From positions 1 through 38,127 of the IMG/VR virus record IMGVR_UViG_3300031701_000005: DNA of 38,127 nucleotides; one strand, given 5' to 3'. A program made the translations under genes and the position numbers. Source of the DNA: a virus (lineage: Duplodnaviria; Caudoviricetes). Of this stretch, positions 8,244 through 17,659 are shown piece by piece. A model generated the notes under the pieces. That model saw only the letters and a list, made by a program, of their open reading frames with translations, made no database searches and was not told where the DNA came from. Position 1 is the stretch's first letter; every line of letters starts with the position of its first letter.

Positions 8244-8707
8244 GTCGCCCCGATCTATCGGGGACATGGACGCCCCTATGGTCTGGCGACACCTCCACGG
8301 GCCGCCCCTTGGTCCTCGTGGCCCAAGGCGACGGCCCCAACCCCCGGATCGCGGTGTGGCCCCGAGACGTCGGCGGGGCCGTCCCGCTGTGGCTTGGATC
8401 GGCCGCCGACCTTGAGGCCGTCGTGGTCCATGGTGAGACGCCGATCACCGGGTGGAGTGGCCACGCCCTGATCGCCGCGTGCCGGGCCGTCTCGGACTAC
8501 GTCGCGGACGTGTGGCACCCCGCCGACCACCTCCACTCGTCCGGGTGGGTCATGTCCGAGGACGATATGTCTTGCCGGTGGGGCGTGTGGGAGTTGGCCC
8601 GCGAGGCGTCCGACGTGCGGATCCTCGGCGCCGCCGGGGCCTCACACGTCGCCGTACCTCGGGACGTCCTCGCCCGCCTCGCCCGAGATCGGAGGACCGA
8701 CCCGTGA
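8240..8707 (+). CDS. Early hypothetical protein (155 aa)
   Basis: ATGA and GTGA overlaps with both neighbours. Confidence 0.75.
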   Translation: MSRPDLSGTWTPLWSGDTSTGRPLVLVAQGDGPNPRIAVWPRDVGGAVPLWLGSAADLEAVVVHGETPITGWSGHALIAACRAVSDYVADVWHPADHLHSSGWVMSEDDMSCRWGVWELAREASDVRILGAAGASHVAVPRDVLARLARDRRTDP

Positions 8708-8928
8708 ACGACTTCGATCGCCAGATCCTCGCCTCCGAGATCGGAGGACTGATCCGCGACGCCCGCGAGGGCTTGGGCCTCTCGGTCGCCGCCCTCGCCG
8801 ACCGCCTCGACGTCTCGCGTCAATGGCTCACCCGGGTGGAGACGGGCGAGACGATCCCCAACATCCGCCGCCTCGTGGAGATCGCCACCGCCCTTGAGGT
8901 CGAGACGGCGAAGATCCTCCCGGACTGA
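8704..8928 (+). CDS. XRE-family helix-turn-helix regulator (74 aa)
   Basis: IRDAREGLGLSVAALADRLDVSRQWLTRVETGETIPNIRRLVEIATAL; GTG start at 8704. Confidence 0.9.
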   Translation: MNDFDRQILASEIGGLIRDAREGLGLSVAALADRLDVSRQWLTRVETGETIPNIRRLVEIATALEVETAKILPD

Positions 8929-8933
8929 TCGCC

Positions 8934-11900
8934 GTGCATGACTGGACCAAATTCGAGGCCCTCCACGCCGCGTGGGGGCCGGCGTGGAACGTGATCCCGA
9001 CGCCCCCCGAGGCCAAGGGGCCAAGGGTTCGAGGGATGAAATTCGGGCACCTCAACAAACCCAACTCGCCCCGCGTGGAGTTGGGCGACGTCGAGGCGTG
9101 GAAGTTGCTTTTCCGTCGATCTCGCGTGCCCTCGGGCACGATCGGCGGATATATCCTGCCCGCCTCGGGGATCGATCACGCCCTCGCGGTGGTGGACGTG
9201 GACGACCCCGCCCAACTCGGGCGGGTGCTCGATGTTTTCGGAGATAGCCCCCTCAAGACCACCCGGGGCGGCAAAGTGAAGCACCTATATTTTAGACTTC
9301 CCCGGGGCTTGCGCCTTGAGGAGATCCGACGGGTCCACCGGATCGGTCTATGGGGCCGGGGATCGGTGGACGTGATCACCACCACCGGGGTGATGTTGCC
9401 GGGGTCGATCCACCCCGACGGCGCCCCCTACGAAACGACGGCCGACGTATCGCCCGAACTGATCGCCGCCCTGCCCGTCCTCGACACCGCCCCGATCGAG
9501 GCCGCCGCCGAGGAGTGGGGCACGCCCGAGCAAGCCGCCGCCGTGGACCTCGCGCCCTACCGGGGCGACACCACCGAGGGCGCGGGGTTCCTCCACCTAT
9601 CGTCCCCGGTCATGCGCGCGACTCAAATTCATTGTGGGTTCGTGTTGCCCGACACCCCGATCCAAGGGGCCGACGGCCGAGAATACGCCGCCGCCTCGGC
9701 CCCCACTTCGATCCGCTACTTCGCGAGCTACCGCCCCGACACCCGCCCCTCGGCGACCGTCTCCGACTACGCCGGCCGCCGCCGGTTCTGCGATTGGAGT
9801 TGTTCGCCCCCGAGGTTTTGGATCGTCCTCCACCCCGGCGAGGAGTCGCAAGACCCCACCCTCCCCGACGGGCCGGGCGACTACTGGCAACGCCTCGATC
9901 ACGCCTTGGAGTCGATCGGCGTCGAAGTGATCCACCTCGACGACGACGGGTGGATCTCCGACCAAGTCCCCGGGATCCCCGACGACACCACGGCCATGAT
10001 CATCGCCGCCCACGGGACCGGCAAGACGCAATATGCGAAACGCGAGGCCGACCGGGCCAAGACGGCGATCAGCGTAACCAATACAAGAGCCCTCACCATC
10101 GCCAACGCCGCGGCCCTCGGACTGCGCGCGGTCTACGAAGGGATCGACCCCGACCCCCGGGCCTCGGTTTGTATCCCCTCCCTCCCCCGGATCGAGGACC
10201 GCCCCGAGTTTTTTCATGTGGACGAGGCCGACGGCGTCCATACCTTCATCCACGCCCGATCCTTCCCCGGCGACCGTTGGGCGACGTGGTGCCAGCTCGC
10301 CCACCTCCTCGCCCGGTCTACGCGCGCCCTCGTGACGTCGGCGGATCTGGAGTTCGCCGACGTGGCGCTGTTCGTCCGGGCCATACGGTCGAGGCACCGG
10401 ACCCGCCGGATCTTGGTCTACGTCCGACGCCCCACCCGCGCCAAAGTCTCGGCCCGCCTCGTGTCCCCGAGGGTCGCCAAGGCCACGATCCACGCCCACG
10501 TCCAAGAGTCGCTACCGTGGGAACCCGCGCCCCTATGGGTCGCCACGTCTCGCCGATCCGACGCCGGGGCGATCGCGATGGGGTACGCCGCCGCCAAGGA
10601 TGACGCCGCGGTGATCAGTCTTGAGGCCGTCGATCTCGCCGTCCTCGATCGACCCGAGCCCGAGGCCGTCGAGGACTTGCGCCGGGAGATCATGCGCAAA
10701 GTCGCCGGGGCAAGGGGCGACGGGGCTTGGTTCGTATCGGGAGAAAACTCGCGATTCGAGGACGTGATCCGGTGGCTCGAACACCCCGATCAGATCGTCC
10801 AAGAGCACGGCCTCGTGGTCGCCTCGCCGGCGATCCAGTCCGGCGTCTCGGTCACCGCCCACGTGGACCGGGTGATCGCGATCCATGAGGCCCGAACGGT
10901 CCCCGCGTCCACCTTGATCCAGATGACTCGCCGAGTCCGGAACCCGGCCAACCCGGAGATCTTGATCGGCCTGCCCGCGTGGACCGAGAAGACGGGGATC
11001 AGGACCGACCGCGCAAGCCTCGACGACCTGATCCACACCCGCCACCGGCGGACCCTCGCGGGGATCGCCGTCGCTTTCCCCGAGGTCCGGGCCGACCACC
11101 CGAGCCGAGACGAGACGGATCCCGATTTCCTTTTAAGTTGGAGGATCGCCGTCCGAAAAAACGCCGCGAGTTTGCGCGACCCCGTCGGCGAGTTGCTCCG
11201 GACTTGCGAGCGCCACGGGATCCCCGTGACCGACGATCGGGGCCGTGACCTCACCCCCCGCGAGGACGCCGACGGGGGGGATTATCAGTTAGTGATCACC
11301 GCGGCAAAAAGGATCCGCGCGGAGATCGACGCGGTACAGATCGCCAGTGCGCAAAAACTCGAACCAGAGGAGCTAGAGCAACGCGAACAATCGCCCGCCC
11401 TCCTCCCCGGTGACCGGCAAGACATCGCCCACACGAGGATCGCCGACTTCTACGATCAACCCGTCACCCCGGCCCTCGTCCGCCTCGATAACCGGGGACG
11501 GTATCGGGCCAAGGTGAGGGCCTACACCCACGCGATCCTCGTGGCCTCGGGCAACGGCGACGCGGTGATCTGGCGTGACCACAAGATCGGCGCCGGCAAG
11601 CGTCGAACGGAGTACGATCACGGCCACGGGTCCGCGCTGATCTTTTGCCACCTTTTCGAGTCGATCGCCGGCCGCCCCTTCGATGGCGCCCCCGTGGCCT
11701 ACTCGGTCGCCGACGTCCGCCCCCTCGTCGTCCGGTGGTGGCGCGCCCACGCGCCCGAGTTCCGGCGCTATCACCCCAAGACCTCGGGGCCGGCCCCCGA
11801 CCGCGAGGCGCAGTGGTTCGGATCGCGACTCCGCGAGACGGGGGCAACTCTCACGACCTCGGGGGCCTCGGCCGACCGAGGAAAAACGGCCTCATGGTCC

Positions 11901-12011
11901 ACGGTGGATCATGCGGCGATGGCATACGGGGATCGGCTGATCCGATCCCTCGAACAACGAACACAAGAAAAGGAAAAACGAGAATGGGAAAAAGACTTTT
12001 TGATGAAGTAA
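8934..12011 (+). CDS. Replication protein: N-terminal Prim-Pol (AEP) domain fused to an SF2 origin-binding-type helicase domain
   Basis: AEP motifs VVDVDD, TTRGGKVKHLYF and MLPGSIHPDG. Helicase motifs AHGTGKT, HVDEAD, SPAIQSGVSV and QMTRRVR. Confidence 0.8.
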   Translation: MHDWTKFEALHAAWGPAWNVIPTPPEAKGPRVRGMKFGHLNKPNSPRVELGDVEAWKLLFRRSRVPSGTIGGYILPASGIDHALAVVDVDDPAQLGRVLDVFGDSPLKTTRGGKVKHLYFRLPRGLRLEEIRRVHRIGLWGRGSVDVITTTGVMLPGSIHPDGAPYETTADVSPELIAALPVLDTAPIEAAAEEWGTPEQAAAVDLAPYRGDTTEGAGFLHLSSPVMRATQIHCGFVLPDTPIQGADGREYAAASAPTSIRYFASYRPDTRPSATVSDYAGRRRFCDWSCSPPRFWIVLHPGEESQDPTLPDGPGDYWQRLDHALESIGVEVIHLDDDGWISDQVPGIPDDTTAMIIAAHGTGKTQYAKREADRAKTAISVTNTRALTIANAAALGLRAVYEGIDPDPRASVCIPSLPRIEDRPEFFHVDEADGVHTFIHARSFPGDRWATWCQLAHLLARSTRALVTSADLEFADVALFVRAIRSRHRTRRILVYVRRPTRAKVSARLVSPRVAKATIHAHVQESLPWEPAPLWVATSRRSDAGAIAMGYAAAKDDAAVISLEAVDLAVLDRPEPEAVEDLRREIMRKVAGARGDGAWFVSGENSRFEDVIRWLEHPDQIVQEHGLVVASPAIQSGVSVTAHVDRVIAIHEARTVPASTLIQMTRRVRNPANPEILIGLPAWTEKTGIRTDRASLDDLIHTRHRRTLAGIAVAFPEVRADHPSRDETDPDFLLSWRIAVRKNAASLRDPVGELLRTCERHGIPVTDDRGRDLTPREDADGGDYQLVITAAKRIRAEIDAVQIASAQKLEPEELEQREQSPALLPGDRQDIAHTRIADFYDQPVTPALVRLDNRGRYRAKVRAYTHAILVASGNGDAVIWRDHKIGAGKRRTEYDHGHGSALIFCHLFESIAGRPFDGAPVAYSVADVRPLVVRWWRAHAPEFRRYHPKTSGPAPDREAQWFGSRLRETGATLTTSGASADRGKTASWSTVDHAAMAYGDRLIRSLEQRTQEKEKREWEKDFLMK

Positions 12012-13534
12012 CAACGCCCGACGAGGCCCAAGGGTGGGTCGTGTCGGCGTCGCAGATCAAGCGGTGGCGCGAGTGTCCCCGCGCGTGGGGGTTCGAATAC
12101 CTCAAGGGCTTGAGGCCACCCCCGAGCAAGGCCGCGGCGTTGGGGTCGGCGGTCCATCGCCTGCTAGAGCTACACTTTAAGGGCGAACCGTGGCCGACTC
12201 ACGAGACGGACGGATTCGGCGATCGATCGGCCGCCGCCGAGAAGTTGGCGCGCGCGGTGATCGACTCGGGCGTCTTGCCCTCGCCGGGGTTTTTCATCGA
12301 CCCGGAAAACGTCGAACGATCTTTCATGCTGCGCACCGGCCCGATCCAGATCCGTGGGTTCATCGATCTGATCGTCCCCCGCGCCCGGCCCCCGTTGGTC
12401 GCGGACCACAAGACGTCCTCGGACCCGGCGAAATACGGCCTCACGGCCGAGACGTTGGGTGACGACATCCAAGCGACGATCTACGCCGCCGCGGTTCTTG
12501 ACATGCTCGGGGTGGACGAGGTAGCTTGTCAATGGACCTATTGCAAAACGCGCGGACGCGCCGAGGTCCACCCCGTCCGCGCCAACCTCGACCGGGAGAG
12601 AATCCGGAAAAACTTGAACCGTTATGTCCTACCGCCCACGCGAGAGATCCTTGACACCGTCGCCCGACACGAGGCCGACGAGGTGGACCCGATCGACCTG
12701 CGACCCGTGCCCGAGTCGTGCGGTAATTGGGGCGGCTGCGCACACTCCGACTACTGCCCGAGGTCAAGAGATCAACTTCTCACGGCCTCGGGGTGGAACG
12801 AAACCGAAACCGAAAACACCGAACAAAAGGAAAACGAAACCATGAGCCTGATCGAAATGTTGAAAGCCAAGAAGGCCGCGCAAGCCGCCACCCCCGCCCC
12901 CACCGAGGCACCCACCCCCGCCCCCACCGAGGCCGCCGTGGCCGCGTCGGTCGCCCCGGTCGCCCCCGAACCGGCGCCCGAACCCAAGCCGCCCAAGGCC
13001 AAAAAGTTGGCGCCCCCGCGGATCAACTCACCCGAGCACGACTCCGAGGAGGGGGCCGAGGCACCCGCCCCCGTCGAGGTCACACCCGAGGCACCCGAGG
13101 ACAAGCCCCCGACCCTCAACCGCGCGGGGATGATCGAGGCCCTCAAGGATCGGGACACCTTAGAGCTGACCAAATCGAGGAAAAAGGCCACAACCGCGCG
13201 GCCTTTCGCACTAAAACGCGACCTCGATCGCCTGATCGCCGACAAGATCTTGATCGAGATTATCGACAAGGGCGATCACCGCCTCGCGATCGGATCTATA
13301 CAAGGCGCCGCCCCCGAGGCACCGGCCGAGGTTGCCCCCATGGAGGCCCACGACGCCGTCGTGGAGGTGACTTTTGACCCCACCCCCACCGAGGCCCCGG
13401 CCGGTCCCGCGCCCGTCACGGCCGCCCCTACGCCGCCCGAGGAGGCCCCCTTGGGTCGCCGCCTCGTGGCCTTGTATATGCGGAAAGACGGCCGGATCAT
13501 CGTGGAGATCGACCCGGCGGGGATCCCCGAGTGA
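11984..13534 (+). CDS. Cas4/RecB-like PD-(D/E)XK exonuclease with a long Pro/Ala/Glu-rich C-terminal extension
   Basis: SASQI..WRECPRAW, GSAVH, GFIDL and DHKT motifs, plus C-x5-C-x5-C (Fe-S-type Cys set). ATG 11984 follows an A-rich RBS. Confidence 0.85.
   Translation: MGKRLFDEVTTPDEAQGWVVSASQIKRWRECPRAWGFEYLKGLRPPPSKAAALGSAVHRLLELHFKGEPWPTHETDGFGDRSAAAEKLARAVIDSGVLPSPGFFIDPENVERSFMLRTGPIQIRGFIDLIVPRARPPLVADHKTSSDPAKYGLTAETLGDDIQATIYAAAVLDMLGVDEVACQWTYCKTRGRAEVHPVRANLDRERIRKNLNRYVLPPTREILDTVARHEADEVDPIDLRPVPESCGNWGGCAHSDYCPRSRDQLLTASGWNETETENTEQKENETMSLIEMLKAKKAAQAATPAPTEAPTPAPTEAAVAASVAPVAPEPAPEPKPPKAKKLAPPRINSPEHDSEEGAEAPAPVEVTPEAPEDKPPTLNRAGMIEALKDRDTLELTKSRKKATTARPFALKRDLDRLIADKILIEIIDKGDHRLAIGSIQGAAPEAPAEVAPMEAHDAVVEVTFDPTPTEAPAGPAPVTAAPTPPEEAPLGRRLVALYMRKDGRIIVEIDPAGIPE
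12842..13534 (+). CDS. Probable in-frame nested product (230 aa, MSLIEMLKAKKAAQAATPAP...)
   Basis: The internal ATG is preceded by AAAAGGAAAACGAAACC, the motif found at other gene starts in this genome. Confidence 0.55.
   Translation: MSLIEMLKAKKAAQAATPAPTEAPTPAPTEAAVAASVAPVAPEPAPEPKPPKAKKLAPPRINSPEHDSEEGAEAPAPVEVTPEAPEDKPPTLNRAGMIEALKDRDTLELTKSRKKATTARPFALKRDLDRLIADKILIEIIDKGDHRLAIGSIQGAAPEAPAEVAPMEAHDAVVEVTFDPTPTEAPAGPAPVTAAPTPPEEAPLGRRLVALYMRKDGRIIVEIDPAGIPE
12888..12933 (+). repeat. 24-bp-period coding tandem repeat (TPAPTEA twice)
   Basis: ccacccccgcccccaccgaggc occurs at 12888 and 12912. Confidence 0.8.
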
Positions 13535-15282
13535 GTCGGATCGAGGACATGAGGCGGCGCGCCCGGGAGGGCGCGATCGCCCGGGGGCCGTCCCTCCCTC
13601 AAGCCCGGGCGATGGCGAGGGTAGAATTGCTATTCGCCGATCGTGCGGTCGCCACGGTCCAAGCGTCGCCAGAGTTGGAGCGGATCGCCCGCCTCCCCCG
13701 GGCGTCGGGCGACCTCGACCCCGAGGCGATCGACCTCCTCACCGACCACCTCAAGACGGCCGAGGGGTCGCAGTCACTCCGTCCGATCCAAGCCGCCGCC
13801 CTCGTGGCCGTGGCCGACTCCCCCGGCGTCCTCGTGTCGGCCCCGGTGGGGTTCGGGAAAACCTTGATCACGATCTTGGCGCCCGTCGTCACCGGGGCGG
13901 CGCGCCCCCTCTTGATCGTCCCCGCCAAACTCCGCGACAAGACGCGCCGTGACATCTCGGCGGCCCGTCTCCACTGGCGAGCCCCCGAGATCGAGATCGT
14001 GAGTTATGAAAAACTCGGCCGGGTGTCCGGGGCGGACTACCTCGCCACCCTCGCGCCGGATCTTGTCATGGCCGATGAATGTCACCGACTCAAGAACCCC
14101 CGCGCCGCCGTCACCCGTCGAGTCCTTCGATACTGTGCCGAGGCGTCGCCCCGGGCGGTGTTTTTGTCGGGCACGATCACCGGCCGGTCCCTCCTCGACT
14201 TCCACCACCTGATCCGATTGACCCACGGCCGCGAGGCGTGCCCGTTGCCTTGGACCCACGCCGAGGCCGCGACGTGGGCCGCCGCCGTGGACGAGGGCGT
14301 GGAGGCCCGGACGCTGCCCGGCCCCTTGGTCGTCTTCTCCGCGGGCGGGTCCGGCTTGTCCGAGATCCGCGAGGGCGTGGGGCGGAGGATCCGCGACACC
14401 GCCGGCGTGGTATCAGCGACGGGCCAAGGGATCGACGCCTCGATCCAGATCTCCACCTTCGATCCCGACACCTCCGACGAGGTCCGCCGAGAACTCGACC
14501 ATGTGATCAAGGGCAAGCGAAACCCCGACGGGTCCGAGGCGAGCCCCTCCGACATCCACCGACACGCCCGGACCCTCGTTCAAGGATTTTACTATCAGTG
14601 GGATCCCGAGCCCCCCGACCATTGGAGGCGCGCCCGATCCGCGTGGGCGCGGTTCGTCCGCGAGATCTTGGAGGAGGAGGATCCGCGCTATGATTCCGAG
14701 CTACAGATCGCGCGCGCTTGCGAGGCCGACCGACTCCCGAGCCACGAGTGGACGCGGTGGGCCGATGTCCGCGGGGACTATGACGGCAAAACGATCCCGG
14801 TGTGGATTTCGGATCAGCCCTTGATCTCGGCCGCGTTGCGGGTGACTCACCCCGCGATCGTATGGGTCGAGCATATCGCCACCGGGCGCAAACTCCACGA
14901 GATCACCGGGTGGCCGTATTTCCACCGCCTCGGGATCTCCGACGACGGCCGACGGATCGACGACGACGCCGACGGGACCGCGCCGATCATCGCCTCGATC
15001 GCGGCCAACGGCGAGGGGCGCAACTTGCAAGCGTTCCACCGAAACCTCGTGATCACCCCGCCGGGGTCGGGCAAGACTTGGGAACAACTGATCGGGCGGA
15101 CCCACCGCCACGGCCAGACCGCCGACGAGGTGGAGATCGAGATCATGATCGGCCACCCGTCGATCGCCCGGACCCTTGACCAAGCGCGCAAGGATGCAGC
15201 CTACATCGGATCGATCACAGGCTCGCCGCAAAAACTAGAGATCGCTGACATGGTGTCGGCACCCGGCCCGGGTAGGGCATAG
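13531..15282 (+). CDS. SF2 (SNF2/DEXH-like) helicase
   Basis: LRPIQ, APVGFGKT, VSYEKL, DECH, LSGT, GEGRNLQ and EQLIGRTHRHGQ. Confidence 0.9.
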   Translation: MSRIEDMRRRAREGAIARGPSLPQARAMARVELLFADRAVATVQASPELERIARLPRASGDLDPEAIDLLTDHLKTAEGSQSLRPIQAAALVAVADSPGVLVSAPVGFGKTLITILAPVVTGAARPLLIVPAKLRDKTRRDISAARLHWRAPEIEIVSYEKLGRVSGADYLATLAPDLVMADECHRLKNPRAAVTRRVLRYCAEASPRAVFLSGTITGRSLLDFHHLIRLTHGREACPLPWTHAEAATWAAAVDEGVEARTLPGPLVVFSAGGSGLSEIREGVGRRIRDTAGVVSATGQGIDASIQISTFDPDTSDEVRRELDHVIKGKRNPDGSEASPSDIHRHARTLVQGFYYQWDPEPPDHWRRARSAWARFVREILEEEDPRYDSELQIARACEADRLPSHEWTRWADVRGDYDGKTIPVWISDQPLISAALRVTHPAIVWVEHIATGRKLHEITGWPYFHRLGISDDGRRIDDDADGTAPIIASIAANGEGRNLQAFHRNLVITPPGSGKTWEQLIGRTHRHGQTADEVEIEIMIGHPSIARTLDQARKDAAYIGSITGSPQKLEIADMVSAPGPGRA

Positions 15283-15320
15283 ACCAAAAAACGAAAACGA
15301 AAACACAAGGAAACAAGACC

Positions 15321-15779
15321 ATGTCCATGAACAAAATATTTGAGGAATTCGACTCCGCCGATCCCGCCGAGGGCGGCGACGGAAAAAACCCGACGATCAC
15401 CGAGGCCGGAAAGCACAAGATCAAGATCCAACGGATCCGCCTCAAGGAGTCGGAGCAATACGACGCGGTTTATTATCTTGTAGATTTCGAGGTGATCGAG
15501 ACTAACGCCGACGGCGTGGCCGTGGGGGCGTCGCATTGTTGGGCGCACAATCTCACTAACAAGTGGTTCGGAGTCTCCAACGCTAAGCAATTTCTCGCGG
15601 CCGTCCTTGGGATGTCGGCGAGTTCGCCCGAGGCAAGGGCGATCGATCGATCTACGTTGGAGCAATCCTACGCCGACGATCAACCGTTGGCCGGGCAGGT
15701 GTTGAGCCTCGCGACGATCCCCAAGGTGTCCAAGACTGGTAACGATTTCACCGTCCACAATTGGAGCCCGTCGGCGTGA
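15321..15779 (+). CDS. Putative single-stranded DNA-binding protein
   Basis: Size, beta-rich pattern (GKHKIKIQRI, YLVDFEVIET, FTVHNW), strong RBS, and position between helicase and polymerase. Confidence 0.6.
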   Translation: MSMNKIFEEFDSADPAEGGDGKNPTITEAGKHKIKIQRIRLKESEQYDAVYYLVDFEVIETNADGVAVGASHCWAHNLTNKWFGVSNAKQFLAAVLGMSASSPEARAIDRSTLEQSYADDQPLAGQVLSLATIPKVSKTGNDFTVHNWSPSA

Positions 15780-17659
15780 CACTTACGGCCCTCGACACCG
15801 AGACGGAATTGATCCGGCCGGGGTGCCTCGCGCCCCGGTGCGTTTGCGTGTCGTGGGCCGACCAAGGCGGGGCCGGGGTGATCCACCACTCCGACCCCGC
15901 CACCTTTCGATTTGTTCGCACGGCGATCGAGGCGGGGCGGACGGTCTACGCGAACGCGCCCTATGATCTCGCCGTGCTGATCGTGCGGTGGCCCGACCTC
16001 GCGCCGGTGATCTGGCGAGCGCTTGAGGAGGGCCGGATCTCCGATGTCCAGACCCGCCAAAAACTGATCGACCTCGCGGGCGGCAAGTTGCGCAAGACCG
16101 GCCCCTACTCTCTCGCCGGACTCGCAAAACGTCACCTCGGGCGGGCGCTCGATAAGGACACTTGGCGGCTACGCTACGGCGAACTGATCGACACCCCGAT
16201 CGCCGAGTGGCCCGAGGGCGCGCGGGCCTATGCAACCGACGACGCCCGCGCCACCCTTGAAGTGTTCAAGGCCCAAGAGCCCCTCGCCAAGTGGGCCGCC
16301 GACGAGGCCGCCCAAGTCCGCGCCCATTGGGCGCTTCACCTGATCTCGTGTTGGGGGGTACGCACCGACGGCCCCCGCGTGGAGGCCCTAGCGTCCACCC
16401 TACAAGGCGAGGCCGAGGGTCTGCTAACTCGCCTCGTCCCCGCCGGCCTCGCCCGTGTGGACGGGTCACGGCTGCCCAAGGGGGCTGCCCGTCGCATGGC
16501 CGAGGTGTGGGGCGAGTCGGCCCCCCTCACGACCAAGGCCCAAAAGGACGAGGGCCGCGGGATGTCCCGGGCGGAGATCATCCGCCGGGCGATCGTGGAT
16601 GGCGTGGGCGTGTCGGTCACCACCGACACCGCCGCCGAGTCGGGCGATCCGATCCTCAAGGACTACGCCCGATACGGGCAGATCCAAAGCACCCTCGCCG
16701 GGCCGGTGTCGGCCCTCGCCAAAGGCGCCGCCGAACCGATCCAGACCCGATTCGAGATCCTCATGGAGACGGGGCGGACCTCGTCAAGCGCGCCCAACCT
16801 GCAAAACATCCGGCGCGAGGTCGGGATCCGCGAGTGTTTCACACCTCGCCCCGGGTGGGTCTACGTCGCCGCCGACTACTCGGCCGCGGAGTTGCACACC
16901 CTCGCCCAAGTCTGTGTCGATCTGTTCGGGGGATCGAAGTTAGCCGACGCCTTGAACCGGGGGATCGACGTTCATGCCCTTGTCGGATCGCAGATCCTCC
17001 GAGTGGACTACGCCGACGCCGTGGCGCTGATCGCCGATGGCGACCGCGAGGCAAAGGACGCGCGGCAACTTGCCAAGGCGGCGAACTTTGGATTCCCCGG
17101 GGGCTGTTCGGCGGCGACGTTTTGCGCGATCGCCAAGGGCTACGGGGTCGAGATCGACACCCGCCGCGCGGCCGAGTTGCGGGCCTCGTGGCTCAACGCG
17201 TGGCCCGAGATGGCCGCGTTTTTCCGGCACGTCTCGGGCCTTGAGGATCGCCGCATGGGCGGCCACTGGGTCCAACAACTCCGCGCCCCCCGGGTCCGGG
17301 GGCGGGCGAGCTACACGGCCGCGTGCAATTCCTTTTTCCAAGGACTCGCCGCCGACGGGGCCAAGGCCGCGCTATACCGGGTCGCCAAAGAACAACACAC
17401 CGATCCGGGCTCGGCGTTGTTCGCGACTCGCTCGGTGTTTTTCATCCACGACGAGATCATTCTTGAGGCACCCGAGGACCAAGCGGCCGACGCCGCCGAT
17501 CGTCTCGTGTCGGTCATGGTCGAGCAGTTCGGGCGGTTCGTCCCGGACGTCCCGCCCAAGGCCGAGGCGGTGATCATGCGGCGTTGGTCCAAGGACGCGA
17601 CGCCGACCCGCGACGAGGTCGGGAGGTTGATCCCGTGGGGTGGTAAGGTGAGATCATGA
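15776..17659 (+). CDS. polA: Family A DNA polymerase with 3'-5' exonuclease (627 aa)
   Basis: Exonuclease motifs LDTET, NAPYD and YATDD. Polymerase motifs TGRTSSSAPNLQN, A (ADYSAAELH), B (RQLAKAANFGFPGG) and C (IHDEI). Confidence 0.95.
   Translation: MTLTALDTETELIRPGCLAPRCVCVSWADQGGAGVIHHSDPATFRFVRTAIEAGRTVYANAPYDLAVLIVRWPDLAPVIWRALEEGRISDVQTRQKLIDLAGGKLRKTGPYSLAGLAKRHLGRALDKDTWRLRYGELIDTPIAEWPEGARAYATDDARATLEVFKAQEPLAKWAADEAAQVRAHWALHLISCWGVRTDGPRVEALASTLQGEAEGLLTRLVPAGLARVDGSRLPKGAARRMAEVWGESAPLTTKAQKDEGRGMSRAEIIRRAIVDGVGVSVTTDTAAESGDPILKDYARYGQIQSTLAGPVSALAKGAAEPIQTRFEILMETGRTSSSAPNLQNIRREVGIRECFTPRPGWVYVAADYSAAELHTLAQVCVDLFGGSKLADALNRGIDVHALVGSQILRVDYADAVALIADGDREAKDARQLAKAANFGFPGGCSAATFCAIAKGYGVEIDTRRAAELRASWLNAWPEMAAFFRHVSGLEDRRMGGHWVQQLRAPRVRGRASYTAACNSFFQGLAADGAKAALYRVAKEQHTDPGSALFATRSVFFIHDEIILEAPEDQAADAADRLVSVMVEQFGRFVPDVPPKAEAVIMRRWSKDATPTRDEVGRLIPWGGKVRS

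Noticed and set aside
8704-8928. XRE gene as a CI repressor indicating lysogeny
   Set aside because: It has no S24 peptidase domain, there is no integrase or partition system, and it is co-oriented within the early operon.
11984-12800. Cas4-like gene as part of a CRISPR-Cas system
   Set aside because: No repeat-spacer array or other cas genes were seen. Solo Cas4-like nucleases are common in phage replication modules.
15776-17659. Polymerase as a DpoZ (2-aminoadenine) system
   Set aside because: No purZ, datZ or mazZ-like genes are recognisable in the complete genome.
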